Source of the DNA: Octopus sinensis
Lineage: Eukaryota
NCBI RefSeq assembly: GCF_006345805.1
Contig: NC_043000.1
Span: 84,506,001-84,570,000 of the forward strand
DNA: 64,000 nucleotides
Reading direction: 5' to 3'
Shown here piece after piece: positions 12,727 to 26,290 of the stretch (position 1 is its first letter; each line of letters begins with the position of its first letter). Position numbers and translations under genes: made by a program. The notes beneath the pieces are model-generated. The model was not told the origin of the DNA. It saw only the letters and a program-made list of their open reading frames with translations, and made no database searches.

Positions 12727-14799
12727 TGATCAGCCGTCTAAGGGACTGCTGTAACACCAGCGACACACCTTTCCACAGGGACTGCTATACATCAGCAGTC
12801 CATAATCACAATAAAAGCCTGGAGTCAATGAGAGATTGTAATCTTTGTTTTAGGGTTCAGTACCGATTTGTCTAGCGTTTGCCTTCACAAACGTTTAAGA
12901 AAATTTGAACTTATCAGCTCAAGCTTAAAACATATTCGTTAATCATATTTATAAAACATACTCGTTACGTTCATGCATTCTGCAGGAGTTAATTGATTTA
13001 AGATAGAAAAAGTTAAGTATATAAACGTATTTTGAAAATGCTTTACATTATATTAAGGTATTTCAATTGTTCACTTCAAACTATACATCAACGAAGTTAT
13101 CGGGTTGTGTGTTCCATTCGATTTTGGTTTTGACCACGCACGTTCATTGATATACTAGTAAAATACATGAACTTTATACTTTGTCTTGAATGAGGCTTGT
13201 CTAACCCACTTACCTCTAAAGAGTTCACAGCTGTAATATCGTGGGACTGTTATGATTAATATGTATTTCTAGAATTACAAACTGAATTCATTGACAGTAG
13301 AAAATTACTACTACTTGGTGTTCTACTGTAAAGCACTCCTATTACATATCTGTTCGATCAGAGCTGACCTTGAACTACACAGCAACCCTAAAACTTCTAC
13401 AGATTCTTTTATGATGATAATCCTGTTACTCTACTGCCGAATTAATGAACTATGCCGCTATTTGAATATATAACGATTGCTATATGTGCCGTAGATAGGA
13501 AACAGGTCACAGGCAACCTATTCCTAATTTCAGAATTACTTAGTGATTACAGATCGCAACAATTTCAGTCTCCATATGTTGTTAATACTCCTACAGAAAT
13601 CCTTTAACATCCCTACCTTCCTCTTACCCTATAAATCTCAGTCTTCTACCCACGAAAGAAACAATTAACACTAGTAATATAGTGGGGAGGGCGTTATCAA
13701 ATTATCATTAATTTGTCATCATTAACACAGTTAACTGGTGTAAGTGGCGGCGAGGAAAATTAAGTTACTTATCGTTAATTCGTTCCCTTAATTACACCGA
13801 ATGAGCAGTAAATCTCATCTGATTAAAGACTGTCCGCAGTCAATGAGTGCCTTCAGCTGTTTTGTACATTTAATGTAAACATTCAGGGAGTGGATCATTA
13901 GTAAGGTTTCAGTGAAGTTAACAAGTAGAGAACAAGAGCAGGAGATATTTAGATACGCAGGCTCAAACTGGTTATCTAGCAATATATATTGAAGCGATGT
14001 CGAACTGCCAACCGAAGGATTAGTGGTTCGCTTCCCGTACTGATACACTGAGCAATAGCCATGACTAAAGACGTTTCAAACATTCATCTTTTGATGGTTC
14101 AGTTGAGCAAATATACGGTTACACTTTACAACACATGACTCATAAGTAGCAACTTATTTCTCATGACGCGTAAGTGTGTGTGTGGGTATGTGTTTGCGCG
14201 CGTGTGCGTATGTGTGTGTGAATGTGTCTGTGTGTGTGGGGGGTGTCTGTGTGTCTGTGTGTAACAAAGCTGTATCTCTATGTCGACGGGCGAGAAAGAC
14301 ACGATTACCAGAAATCTATGATCTTTCAGGGACATTTTGCTGAAATAAATGAGGTGGTGTGTAGACCAAAGATGGTAGCAACTTCAACGTCTGTTACGGC
14401 AACCTGCTGCAGCTTTCGGCGAAGAACGCGATTTTTTTAAATAGAAAACGAGCGAAACAATACCAGCAGCTGAAATGCGGTATATAATAAGTGGATGTAC
14501 GTAGCGGAAATCGCCTGGTTCGGATGGTCTACCCTATGAGCACGTATGTCAAACACTACTCGCCATCTTGTTGGCAGATGTTCACCGCTGTTGGTAGCAG
14601 CAGATGTGTATTTCTGAGAGTCAAGTAGTAACGCTATTGAAGGAAGAATTGATCAGGGAGGACATTGTTTATACTTTTCGCTCCATGATGCTAACTGAAT
14701 ACATAGCTTTATATTTCTAGCACATATTTTGGAGCTGGTGGTCGGTAGTGTGATCCTGAAAGCACAAACATGCACAATCCTGAAAATATTTATTCACGA

Positions 14800-15700
14800 C
14801 AATATATCATAGAGAGATGGTGGCTGTCCAAAGTGGCTTCAGTTGAGTTCTCATCAAATTGGTTCTATCGAAAACTTACGTTAAAGTTTCAGTCTCGTTT
14901 CTAAGTACTGGATCACCCTAACTTAGAGCTGCATCTGCTTGATAATCAAACCAGTCGGCTACCTATCTGAACCTTATTTATAATCTGCTCACTTTGTCAA
15001 GGCATTTTCTCAACTTTTCTGTGTGTGCTGGAGGTTGTTAGATTATCCAGTTCTAGCTGTTATATTGGAATATCGTTCAGGTACGTGTATATAGCACCTA
15101 AGTAATAGTCATGTACTACGGAAGTCGACGTGATCATCACCGTTTTAAAGGAAAACAAAGTAGTTACAGGAGCAAATATAAACCTGGACAGTCGGTGGTA
15201 TTACAGCTCTGCACATAAAAAGGCAAGTTCATGTCATTGGAAAGAGCCATGAGTTGGTGAACTGATGGACCAAGTTTCTTGAGATTTGGTTTGTCCCGAA
15301 AATACATATATAGACATGAACTGGATCAAGGCAACGAGCAAAGTGGCTAGTTTCACCCAGAAATAGGCTTAGCTAGGGCTGTCCCTGAAAGAACGAGCAG
15401 ATATAGCAAACCTGTAGCTTCTGTAATGTATTACCTCCTGAGCTTATTGCCTTCCCTGTGTCTTGTCTGATCAAAATGAAGCATCTACCCTTTCACTTCT
15501 TGTAAAAGGTACACCACTCACCAAACAGACGATCCATCAGATGCCAACATTGTCTAGTCTGCATGGTTTGCTCGGTCTGCTGAGGTAAATGATGTGCAAG
15601 CATGCAATGAGACCAGTATCTACAAAGTATTCTACGTGGTGCGAATGGGGTGTTCCTTTGTCAAGTACGTTTTCTCACTGCTCGTCATCTTGAAAGAGCC
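14800..15700 (+). pseudogene. L1/Tx1-clade reverse transcriptase relic
   Basis: EVDVIITVLKENKVVTGANINLD at about 15121-15190 and NWIKATSKVASFTQK*A*LGLSLKERADIAN at about 15319-15411. Same region as the 8.5-9.3 kb relic. Confidence 0.7.
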
Positions 15701-16404
15701 GCAGTCTAGATACTTGGTTGGGAGACTCGTATGTGAAATGTTACCACAATATGCATGGCGGAACTTCCATCTTAACATTATGTTGTGATAAGGATAAATG
15801 ACACTGAGTACCGATGCGCATCAGCTGTCTGATCTGTCCCGGAGAACTATTTGTCCAGGTACTATGGATAACTTCCAGAAATATCAGCCTGGAAGGACGA
15901 CCAAAAACGTTGCTGGATCGAAATATACTCTAGATACACGAAAGTTCAATCTGTTGAGTCTCCCCAAGATATGCAAAGAGCGATAATCATCTACCACTTA
16001 AACATCTTGCATCTAACTATTCCTGAATCATGGATTTTTATCAAAGGAAACGTGTCACGTGAAGAGCTGATCTAGAATTCGGGTGAGTTCATCGTGAAGT
16101 TCACTTCATCGCCAGATTTTTGGCTGGGAAAAGCAGGTAGATTCCCAGTATCTTATTTTTATGAAAATAGAAGTTGTTTAGAAGACTCCACTAAAAGGGC
16201 TACAGACAGACAATTTCCTCTTAGTTCAAGCCTTGAGAAATTTTTTGTTTTACATGCCACGTAAGACAGGGAGGGAGAGCGAGAGTGTGTGTGTGTGAGA
16301 GAGAGACAGACAGACAGAGAGAAAGTGAAGTTCTGTCTATAGTAAAGCTTGGAGAAAGGCGTGAACATAGTCCCAGTAAATGGGCATACTCCCATCGTGC
16401 GCTT

Positions 16405-16580
16405 TCAGACAACTGAGAGAGAATACTTAACGGCATTTCGTCAGAATTTACGTTCTGATTTCAAATTCTGCTGCGGTCGACTTTGCCTTTCATCCTTTCG
16501 GGGTAAATATCTGTTGAACACTGGGGTCAATCTAATCGACTTGCCGCAACGCTGAGATTGCTGGCCTGGTTTCAAAATTT
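16405..16580 (+). mobile_element. SINE family A, 5'-decayed
   Basis: ttcaaattctgctgcggtcgactttgcctttcatcctttcgggg...ctggggtcaatctaatcgac matches the family body. Confidence 0.75.
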
Positions 16581-17639
16581 TAAGTCATTAATATTAGTAG
16601 TAGTAGTAGTATAGTAGTAGTAGTAGTAGTAGTATAGTAGTAGTAGTAGTAGTAGGAGGAGGAGGAGGAGGAGGAGATGCAGTGGCAGCAGCGGCAGCTG
16701 CAGAAATAATTGTAGATTAGGAGTGAGCTGTTCATGACATTATTGCAAGCTACCAATCGATTTGGATACGACATGACATCTATACACAAATATACACACA
16801 ATCACGCACAAGTTCATACACACAAATACATAAAACATGATGTATACTTACATATATGTATATATATATACACACACACACACATTTACATGCCATCACA
16901 CACACACACACACACACCCGCACACACACACGAAAATCACAGCAGAAATTAATTGTCTCGGAGCAACAACTTCTAAGCAGTACAACTGGACCTGACATTA
17001 ATGGATTCCTGAGTGGTTTGCGTTCATCCTTCGTAGTTGTTTTATGTGATCTATCAAATATGTTAGCCTGCCAAACTGTTCCAGACAAGATCACAACGTG
17101 GTGAGAGGAATAAATAATGGTTTGCTGGCAGCAATATTATAATCTTCTGTCATTACCCTTTACCTTCTGTCTTGTTTCGTCTCCAATTTCTTTCTTATGC
17201 GTGGTCTTAACTAATGATTCATAAACCAGATTCTACTATCGCGATGTGTTAGGGGTCGGCTAATATCAGACTGCCGTGGTTTTTAAAACTGTCATTTTGT
17301 CTAAGCTTCAAGCAGAGGTGCAGCCACCATTTAATTTCTCTCACTAAACGGAACAAATTTCTTTCATTAACACTTCTTAAGGCTTTTAATCCTTTCCTCT
17401 ATTACCTTACATCTAGAATCATCGATATTTCTTTTCTTCCCTTAATGCCCAATAAATGTAAACCTCACCTTTTTCCTTCATTTCTTTATCGTCTGCTTTT
17501 ATCCCAGTTTATTTCTCGTCTCCTCGTTATTCTCCGTCTCTTTACGTCAATATATTTATTTTTTTTACATCTCCTGTCTTTCCGTCCTGTCTTTTCTCCA
17601 ATCACTCTTTTCTCTCACATTATCCTTATATTTATTTTC

Positions 17640-17721
<82 letters not shown>

Positions 17722-18574
17722 ACACCACACACACACACACACACATACACTTACACACTCATGCATTTTTTCCCTCTACACTTCATTCTTTATTTCCCTC
17801 TATGTCGCTTCAACATTTTCATTCCCATTCGCTCTTTCTTTATCTCATCACCTGCTTTGTCCTTTTCTGTCCTTTCCCCTCTATCTCTTCTCTCTTTCTC
17901 ACGCTTTCTCAATTTCAAACTTATGGAAACCTATTTAGAGCTCAATGTACGCAGCCATTTTAAAGTTACGTGCCACGTTCATGGACCCAATGAAGTAGCA
18001 GTGAGAGGAAACAACTACCGAAAGGTCGATTTATAGTAATTATTTCTGTCATTCATAGTAGAGAATATATTACTATTTTCCCGTCAATATGTGGCGCCTG
18101 CTACTTTATATAAAGTTATTTTTCATAAAATTTTAAAAATCAGATATTTTTATGGAGAAAGTATTGTCGAGGGTCACCGAAATTATTTAATGTAAGAACT
18201 ATGTACGGTGCTTGAGAACGGGAAGACATAAACCAAATTTACATATCATTTTATAAAATACACATTGTATCTCAAAACATTTTATGTAAACATTAAAAAA
18301 ATATTTGTGCAATGATATTTGTTCATTTATATTTTTTTCAACGCTATTATATCTAACATCTTTTCCTTTCACAGAAGGAACATAACTACTTGTGTACACA
18401 GTGTTGTGCAGTAAGTGTTGTGTATATATAATGGCGTGCAGAAAAGTGCTGTACGTGTCAACAGTTAAACGGAAGGTAATTTAAATAATCTTTCGTTTTA
18501 CATGCAACATTAACACTGATCTCAGAGATATACCTCACTGCCGAGTAGCACGGCATTGATGAAGTTTTGTGCCT

Positions 18575-18862
18575 TTAGTCATTTATATGTGTGCGTAGAC
18601 TATTCGTGGTTTGTAGTTCAAATTTCAGCTCGCTAAGTGAATGAACTCCCACTTAATTATAGACATGCGTAGTCTATTCGTAGTTTGTTGTCCAAATTTC
18701 AGCTCCCTAGACGAATGGGCTTTCAATCAGTTATGCACGTGCGTAGTTCACTGATAGTTTGTTGTCCGAAATTCAGCCCACTAAGCGAATGGACTTTCAG
18801 TTACCTATACAAGTGTGTAAACTGCTCGCAGTTCGTTGATCAAATTTCAGCTCGTTATGCGA
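18575..18862. repeat. Four diverged tandem units with a 74-bp period
   Basis: The tgcgtag/tgtgtaa anchor recurs at 18592, 18666, 18740 and 18814, each followed by a variant of aaatttcagctc. Confidence 0.8.
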
Positions 18863-19227
18863 GTTTAATTTTCTACAGAAAAACCGTTCATCATTAAAAG
18901 TGTTCGTTTAGAGAACCGGTCGGGTTATACAATTACTACTGACTAGTTTGTCGAAGTTGATTAATGAAGCAAGAAGAGAGTTCGGGGTTAAAGAAACAGA
19001 ACCTGTCCCAGAGCCAAACAGATACTTTTGCAAGCATTGCTTTTGATGTGTTTTTTCCTCGGTCGCTTAAGTACTTTCTCTATTCTTTGTGTAAATAATG
19101 TCCAAGCACTTAATAATCCTAACTATTTATTGACTATCTATGGAACGCTATGGTTCAGAATAGATCGATCGAAATATATTGCGTTGGACGCATACATACA
19201 TGTGTAAAACCTACACACACGCACACG

Positions 19228-19265
<38 letters not shown>

Positions 19266-19319
19266 TACACACACACACATACACACACACACTTACACAC
19301 ATATGAACACATATAGGTT

Positions 19320-19525
19320 TCAAAGTTTCGCACAAGGCCAGCGATTTCGAAGGAAGGGATAAGTTGATTACACCGACTCCAGTGCTCAGCTGGTACTTAT
19401 TTTATCAACCCCGGAAAGGTAAAAGGCAAAGTCGACCTCGACGGAATTTGAAGTGAGAACGTGAAGACGGACGAAATGCCGCTAAGCATATTGTGCCGGG
19501 CGTGCTAATGATTCTCTCAGTTCGC
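19320..19525 (-). mobile_element. SINE family A
   Basis: Reverse complement of ggcggcgaactgagagaatcattagcacgcccggc...caaattccgtcgaggtcgactttgcc. Confidence 0.85.
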
Positions 19526-19581
19526 CGCCCTATACATGTACAAACACATAGTGAGAGAGAGACAGAGGGAGTAATAGACAC

Positions 19582-19596
19582 ATGATAGATAGATAA

Positions 19597-19670
<74 letters not shown>

Positions 19671-19732
19671 GATGGATGGATGGATGGATGGATGGATGGA
19701 TAGATAGATAGATAGATAGGTAGGTAGGTAGG

Positions 19733-19800
<68 letters not shown>

Positions 19801-19823
19801 AAGATAGATAGATAGATAGATAG
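19582..19823. repeat. Compound (GATA)n/(GATG)n/(GGTA)n microsatellite, one of many simple-repeat tracts in the window
   Basis: Read directly from the sequence. Confidence 0.95.
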
Positions 19824-21086
19824 TTTGGCATATTTGTCTGTATATATATATATATAGGTGTGTACATACTTAAAAATATATTACAGGTTAGTGCTTACAA
19901 AAATATGACGTTAATACATGCGTGTGTTTGTCTGAGAGCTTGTTTGTCTATATATATTTCTGTTTCCTTTTGTGCATGTGTGTATTTCTTTGCCGTGCTG
20001 TTTATCTCTTTTCATATATTAATTGATAAACATCAAACACGTTTTGTTTTTAGAGAATGAATGGACGATAGCCAGAGGCGTATTGTGTGGTAGTTTCTTA
20101 TTTAAAAACGAGCGTGTTCATCCAATGATGTATTATTAACATGGAATGCAAGAAAATATTTATCACATTCCTGAAAATTATGGCCACTGATTCACTGGAT
20201 GTGATAGATGAGTCTAATTAAAAACGTCATACGTTTTGCTTCATTCTAGGTACTGTGGTTTTATTTAAACTGACTGCACCGAAACCGAGGTTGTATCGTA
20301 TGATATATCGACCGATGGCGTTTTGAATAAATAACCGATCACTAATCTTTGTACACACACACACACATACATATATATGCATGTATATAGATAGGCACAC
20401 ACACACATACATATATATGCATGTATATACATAGGCACACACACACACACACACACACAGATATACAGCTATATACATATATAGATACATATATGTCTGA
20501 GTGTGTGTGTGTGTATGCATATGTATATGTGTACGTGTACATGGATATATGCAAATGTATATGTGTCTATATATCTTTCTCTCTATCTGCCTATCTGTAT
20601 CACTCTCTCCCTGTATATATGTGTGTGTGTGGTGTGTGTGTGTGTGTGTGTGTGTGTGCCTGTCTGTTTATCTGTCTGTGCATGTGTGTCTGGATGTGTG
20701 TGGTTGTGTGTCTGTGTAGGTGTGTGTGTGTATGAATGTACTTGTATGTGTGCATTATGTATTGCGTGAGAGGATGAGACACAAAGATATGTAAAGAACA
20801 GCGTAAATCAAATCATCCGAAACATGCATAATGCAGATAAATCAACGGTTATTTATTTGAAAGCATTGGTTGTGTAGATTACAGATGTGAAATATTTTAT
20901 TGTTCTCTTAAGCAAACGCGCGCGCGAGCATTTATACGTTTATCCATAGATATATTATTTTCCAACGTATAATCCAATAAATTCTATGTACACTGGCTTC
21001 AACTACTATTATACTTGATGCATATGCTGAAGCCTCTGTGTTCTATGGCCTACATGTATGTATATATATATGTATATATACATATA

Positions 21087-21126
<40 letters not shown>

Positions 21127-21275
21127 ATATATATATATAATATATATATAATTTACATACATATATATGTATATATATATTAAATACATATACATTTCAA
21201 AATGTAACCACATGTGAATCGTTGGCGATTTATTTGCTCCGTCTTCCTTTCATCTTGGACTTTCCTCGGTCTCCT

Positions 21276-21310
21276 GTTTCTGAAGAAGAGCTTTGCTCGA
21301 AACGTAAAAC
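21276..21310 (+). ncRNA. Minimal type I hammerhead motif within a Penelope-like 3' fragment (about 21231-21425)
   Basis: GUUU-CUGAAGA-A-GAGC-UUU-GCUC-GAAAC-GUA^AAAC. Stem III is a loopless ACGU palindrome, so it is dimer-dependent. Confidence 0.7.
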
Positions 21311-21421
21311 CACCTTTCTTTCCTTTCCTGAGCGTCTGCTAATATTTTGCATGTACCACGTCTTCTCGTTGTTGTTCATTTTTCCTTATGTTTGTTCTTC
21401 GTTTTTTCGGGGTGGGGGATT

Positions 21422-21470
<49 letters not shown>

Positions 21471-21472
<2 letters not shown>

Positions 21473-21629
21473 AGTGGCTGTGTGGTAAGTAGCTTGTTTA
21501 CCAACCACATGGTTCCGGGTCCAGTCCCACTGCGTGGCACCTTGGGCAAGTGTCTTCTACTATAGCCTCGGGCCGCCCAAAGCCTTGTGAGTGGATTTGG
21601 TAGACGGAAACTGAAAGAAGCCCGTCGTA

Positions 21630-21677
<48 letters not shown>

Positions 21678-21887
21678 TTTGTGTGTTTGTGTGAGTGTGT
21701 TTGTCCCCCTAGCATTGCTTGACAACCGATGCTGGTGTGTTTATGTCCCCGTTACTTAGCGGTTCGGCAAAAGAGACCGATAGAATAAGTACTGGGCTTA
21801 CAAAAGAATAAGTCTCGGGGTCGAGTTGCTCGATTAAAGGCAGTGCTCCAACATCGCTGCAGTCAAATGACTGAAACAAGTAAAAGA
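21471..21887 (+). mobile_element. SINE family B, full length
   Basis: High similarity to 5727-6140 and 29452-29862, with an internal (TA)n expansion. Confidence 0.9.
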
Positions 21888-21904
21888 TATATATTCTTTT
21901 ATTC

Positions 21905-22650
21905 TTTTACGGCCATAGCGGAACATTTCCCTTATCTTGGTAGCCTCCTGTTTCCCAGTGTACATCATCGATGGATGGAGAAAATAGTATCCAAGCAGCA
22001 CACTCACTTTGAGATGTTCTCCAGTAGAGTTTTGGGAAGCAGTAGTCTTACCCTGCAAACAAAAATGATTGTTGTGTCTACTCTGTTATATGTGTGGGAA
22101 ACGTGGACTCTATACCGCCATGGCCTGAAAAAAACTTGAACATTTCCATGAAAAGAAACTCCGGTCTATATCTTACATCGAATGGGAAGATTGCTTTACC
22201 TACGTTTACAAAAGAGAACTGAACAAATTAATATAGATGCTATAATCACTAAGCTTCAGTGGATCGCACGGGGCCTAAAGATATTTCTTTATCACAGACC
22301 CCTAAAGATATTTCTGTTTGGTAACAGAACAATGGGAGATGCCCTCAGGATGCCCCTATCGGCGCTACTAAGACCAATTGAAGGAAACTCTGAAGAGTAC
22401 TGGTATCGAACAAAATTACTGGGAAATGACAACCAGCCAACGCACAGTTTGGCGTAATATGACCGAGGCAAGATTATCCCGTTTTGAAGAAAACAGATGA
22501 ACGGATATTAGAATGAAACTAGAACGTAAGAAAGGCAGAGCAATCCAACCACAACCAGCACCTACAATCCACTGCGATTCTTGCAATAGGCTGTTCAGAG
22601 AAAGACATACGTTTAATAGCCATCAGAAAGCTCATATTCCCCTACAGTAC
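21905..22650 (+). pseudogene. RTE-clade LINE ORF C-terminal relic with a C2H2-type finger
   Basis: EHFPYLGSLL...TKMIVVSTLLYVWETWTLYR...LQWIAR...QLKETLKSTGIE..W...CDSCNRLFRERHTFNSHQKAH, spread over several frames. Confidence 0.8.
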
Positions 22651-22740
22651 AAATGCCTCCCCCACTCCACGTCCGGATTAAATTGCACTAAATTCTTGGA
22701 AACGAGCCCTTGCTGGTGATAACATATGTATATATATATG

Positions 22741-23170
22741 CTATATAATTAGGTTCAGCAACGATTAGCTTCACCACACACCGAAGTTTTAGAAATAGCA
22801 GTCAAAATCCTAGCTATTCTTTCTACTTTAAAGGGAGTTTCCAGAAAAACCAAAGCAACTTGAAGACAAACCACGTAGGTAACCTATTATAGAATGATTT
22901 TCGTCATTTTTTCCCTTTTGCCTACGTGGTTTGTCTTCAAGTTGCTTTGGTTTTTCTGGGAACTCCCTTTAAAGTAGAAAGAATAGCTAGGATTTTGACT
23001 GCTATTTCTAAAACTTCGGTGTGTGGTGAAGCTAATCGTTGCTGAACCCTAATTATATAGTATTACTTAAACTTACCATAAAATGGTCCTTTTTCATGCC
23101 GAATTCTACTTGGTGAAATTACTAATTACTTCTTAATTGATTAACTTCACCCTTTGTTATTACTGATATA
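22741..23170. mobile_element. 140-bp near-perfect inverted repeat with a 40-bp spacer, plus a Penelope-like terminal segment
   Basis: 22741-22880 is the reverse complement of 22921-23060. 23065-23165 (aaatggtcc...tacttggtgaaatt..taatta) resembles the reverse complement of the start of the 545-bp unit at 4171. Confidence 0.7.
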
Positions 23171-23266
23171 TATATACCTCATGGTGCGATATGAACATTT
23201 AACGTGGTACTATAGTCAGTGTTTCGACTGCTATTTCGGCATGTTGGTGTCTTTAGACACCCTCAT

Positions 23267-23309
<43 letters not shown>

Positions 23310-24053
23310 TACATACATACATACATACATACATACATAAAATACATAAAATACATCAAGTTCAGGACATCACCAACGAGTGAAAAATACGTAAACACAT
23401 AATGAAGACGAGTACGGGACAAAATACCAAAAGAAATCTAACCTCTTCTCAGTTGTCGACTGTTTTACTACTCGCTATTTCGTTCTTTTAACGACAAGAT
23501 AGGAAACCTTCATAAAACAGCAGCATCCAGAAATTTTAAAAATATAAAATTTGTGGAGAGTTAGAGCTTCGAACGAACAAACAACGATAGACTTGACAAT
23601 CGATGAAGAAAAACATTAAGGGCCGTTAGGCCAAGACGCATTGTATTTGGTAACACCTGGAAGAAATTTTGAAAGGATATAGAATAAATAGAAGAGAAGA
23701 AAATAGTAGAATGAAAGAGAAAAAATATCGGGTGGCGAGTAAAACGATGTCCAGCTAAGTAGACGACACGTCCAGAGAAGACAGAGGTAAGAGAAATGGC
23801 CTGTAGTCATGTGGGAGCGAACAGGCAGAGGAGAAGGGGAACAAGAAAGAGGATGAGGGAAAAAAGAAAGGGAGTGAGGAGAAGGAAGGAGGAACGAAAG
23901 ATAGTAGGGAGTGGAAGAAAGATAGACAGGCGACAGCAGAGAAAGAGGAAGAAAAACGGAAAATAAAGAGGATTATAGAGGGATAGAGAGAAAGAATGAA
24001 AGAAAGTGAAGAGAGAGTAGAGTCACAGAAATTATAAAAAAGTATTACATATG

Positions 24054-24098
<45 letters not shown>

Positions 24099-24109
24099 AA
24101 GCGTAACAA

Positions 24110-24253
24110 TGTGCTAAGAAGGATCCATGCCAGCCATATGGGTCAAAGTTCAAATTCACTGCGTGGCACTTTGGAAACATGCCTTCTCCTATAACCTCGG
24201 GCCGACCAAACCCTTGTGAGTGGATTTGGTAGACGGAAACTGAAAGAAGTCTG

Positions 24254-24255
<2 letters not shown>
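24110..24255 (+). mobile_element. SINE family B, partial
   Basis: cactgcgtggcactttgg...cctcgggccgaccaaacccttgtgagtggatttggtagacggaaactgaaagaag. Confidence 0.8.
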
Positions 24256-24309
<54 letters not shown>

Positions 24310-24460
24310 GTGTGTGCGTGTGTAAAGGGTGAATTAGATTCGTCCTTTAATTTGACGGTTTCCCAAAAAGATTTCTAATATTGGGTCTTCTTCATATTTT
24401 GCTGGTTGTTTACAGGCGTGAATTTGCGAATATGAAAATAATACTTGTATATGATGTGTT

Positions 24461-24601
24461 GTGAATTTATGGATAGAAATTCCATAAAACTCAACAATTT
24501 TTGATAAAAATGGAGAAGAGATATTAAAATTCTAATATATAACATCTCTTCATTTTGAGCAAAATTGTTGAGTTTTATGGGATTACTTTCCATAAATTCA
24601 C
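24461..24601. repeat. 141-bp imperfect fold-back hairpin (MITE-like)
   Basis: gtgaatttatgga pairs with tccataaattcac, and tccataaaactcaacaattttt pairs with aaaattgttgagttttatggg. Pairing continues to the centre. Confidence 0.75.
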
Positions 24602-24608
24602 GACTCAT

Positions 24609-24691
<83 letters not shown>

Positions 24692-25744
24692 TATATATAT
24701 ATAAATATATATGCACACATTTATGCACATACTTAGATATTTAATTATTTAGCTTAATTAGAAGATAAAATCTGTCGTGTATTTCTGGCAACGTTAGAGT
24801 ACAGATGTATATTTTTTCTGTTGTGATTATATTTTATGTTTTAATTCCAATGTTATTCTTTCTCTGAAATCGTTAATTTTATAGATATATTCTTGAAGCC
24901 GGTCATTTGATCAAGTTCTGTAATCTATGCCGCTGGCTCTGTTTTCATTTGATCACTAACCTCAATTTCCTTATTACCAATTCTTCTTTCAGACAAAAAT
25001 ATCAATAAAATTCTATAGGAATTTAAATTACTCTTTACAACCGTCTCTATATTCATAAACCAAATTTAGAATAGAATTACCTGAGGCATTATTACTTGAA
25101 TTCTTTATGATATTGCCACCATTTCAAGAGTAAATAAATGTGAAGTTGTGACGATCAGTCTATTCAATTCTAAATCTTTGTTCAGTTTGTTTATGTATTA
25201 GCTATTTAGTACTTGTTATATAGATTGACAATTCATACATAAATAAGTTGTGTTTATAGGGAGTCTTTGCCTCTAATATTTGCACAGTTTCTCGATATAT
25301 AAAAGTGTATGTACGTAACTACGTATGTATGGATGTATGTATGCATGTATGAATGTCATTCAGTGATATTTCGAGATTTCTTGTCAATAGAGAGAGAGAG
25401 CCGGTTTCTAACCTAGATCCATTGGAATTTCATCATCAACAGGGTGTCTTTGAATGTATCTATGTATATGTGCAGATTTATTTATTTTGTTCTATATATA
25501 TATCTTCTCGTGCATATAGTTGCATTATTAGACATGCTCATATAGATTTAAATGATAAACTGGAAAGTTTTACAGATTTTTACAGTTCCAGTGATGGATT
25601 GGATCTGTAGTCTTCGAATTAGCTTTCTCCTTTCTGGTTTTGAGAAGCCTAATTTCCCAAGATTGGTATTGAGGTAGTATTACGTATGTATGTATGTATG
25701 TATGTATGTATGTATGTATGTATGTATGTATGTATGTATGTATG

Positions 25745-26290
25745 TTACGTCAGGTCACTTTCGAGTGCTACTTGTAACATGTAACCTGTTGCATGGTCGG
25801 GTCGTCGGCGACTAAACCGGCAACCCCACTAAGCTTGCTTGGGGAGGAGGGTGTTTATTGGACACCCTGCGGGATGAAAAACAAAACTCATCAAAGGGCG
25901 GAGGAATTCTTGAGAGTCAACGGCCATCCAATAAATGTCTTAAGGCTGTATCATGCGCGGAGACATAGAAATAATCGGACTGAATACCCGATCGCGCGGT
26001 TAAACCATTGGGAGTGAAGGACTCCTAGCCTTTGCTAGGGCATCCTTCTAGGAGAAGGTAACTCAGGTAACTGGGATAACTCCGACATAAAACCTGCGGC
26101 TCAGTGGTTACCGATGATGTTGACTTGTTCTTCTTTTCGGATTATGGCTGCTATTGCTTAGTGAGTGAGATTGACTCAGTGCACAGCCTTTCCTCACTTA
26201 AAAAAAATCTTCTTGCACGGGCATTGCACGATAACAACATTGATTAAGCATCGCGCAATGGCCATGCTCGATAACGATGGGGCAGCCACC
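25745..26290 (+). mobile_element. ~545-bp non-autonomous retroelement-like repeat bounded by (ATGT)n on both sides
   Basis: GC-richer block between (TATG)n at 25681-25744 and (ATGT)n at 26291-26310. The gggcatccttctaggagaaggtaactc segment resembles RTE-type 5' regions. Confidence 0.55.

Noticed and set aside
25790-25900. HDV-like ribozyme at the 5' end of the RTE-like repeat
   Set aside because: A P4/J4-2-like GACUAA is present, but I could not find matching P1, P3/L3 or P1.1 elements.
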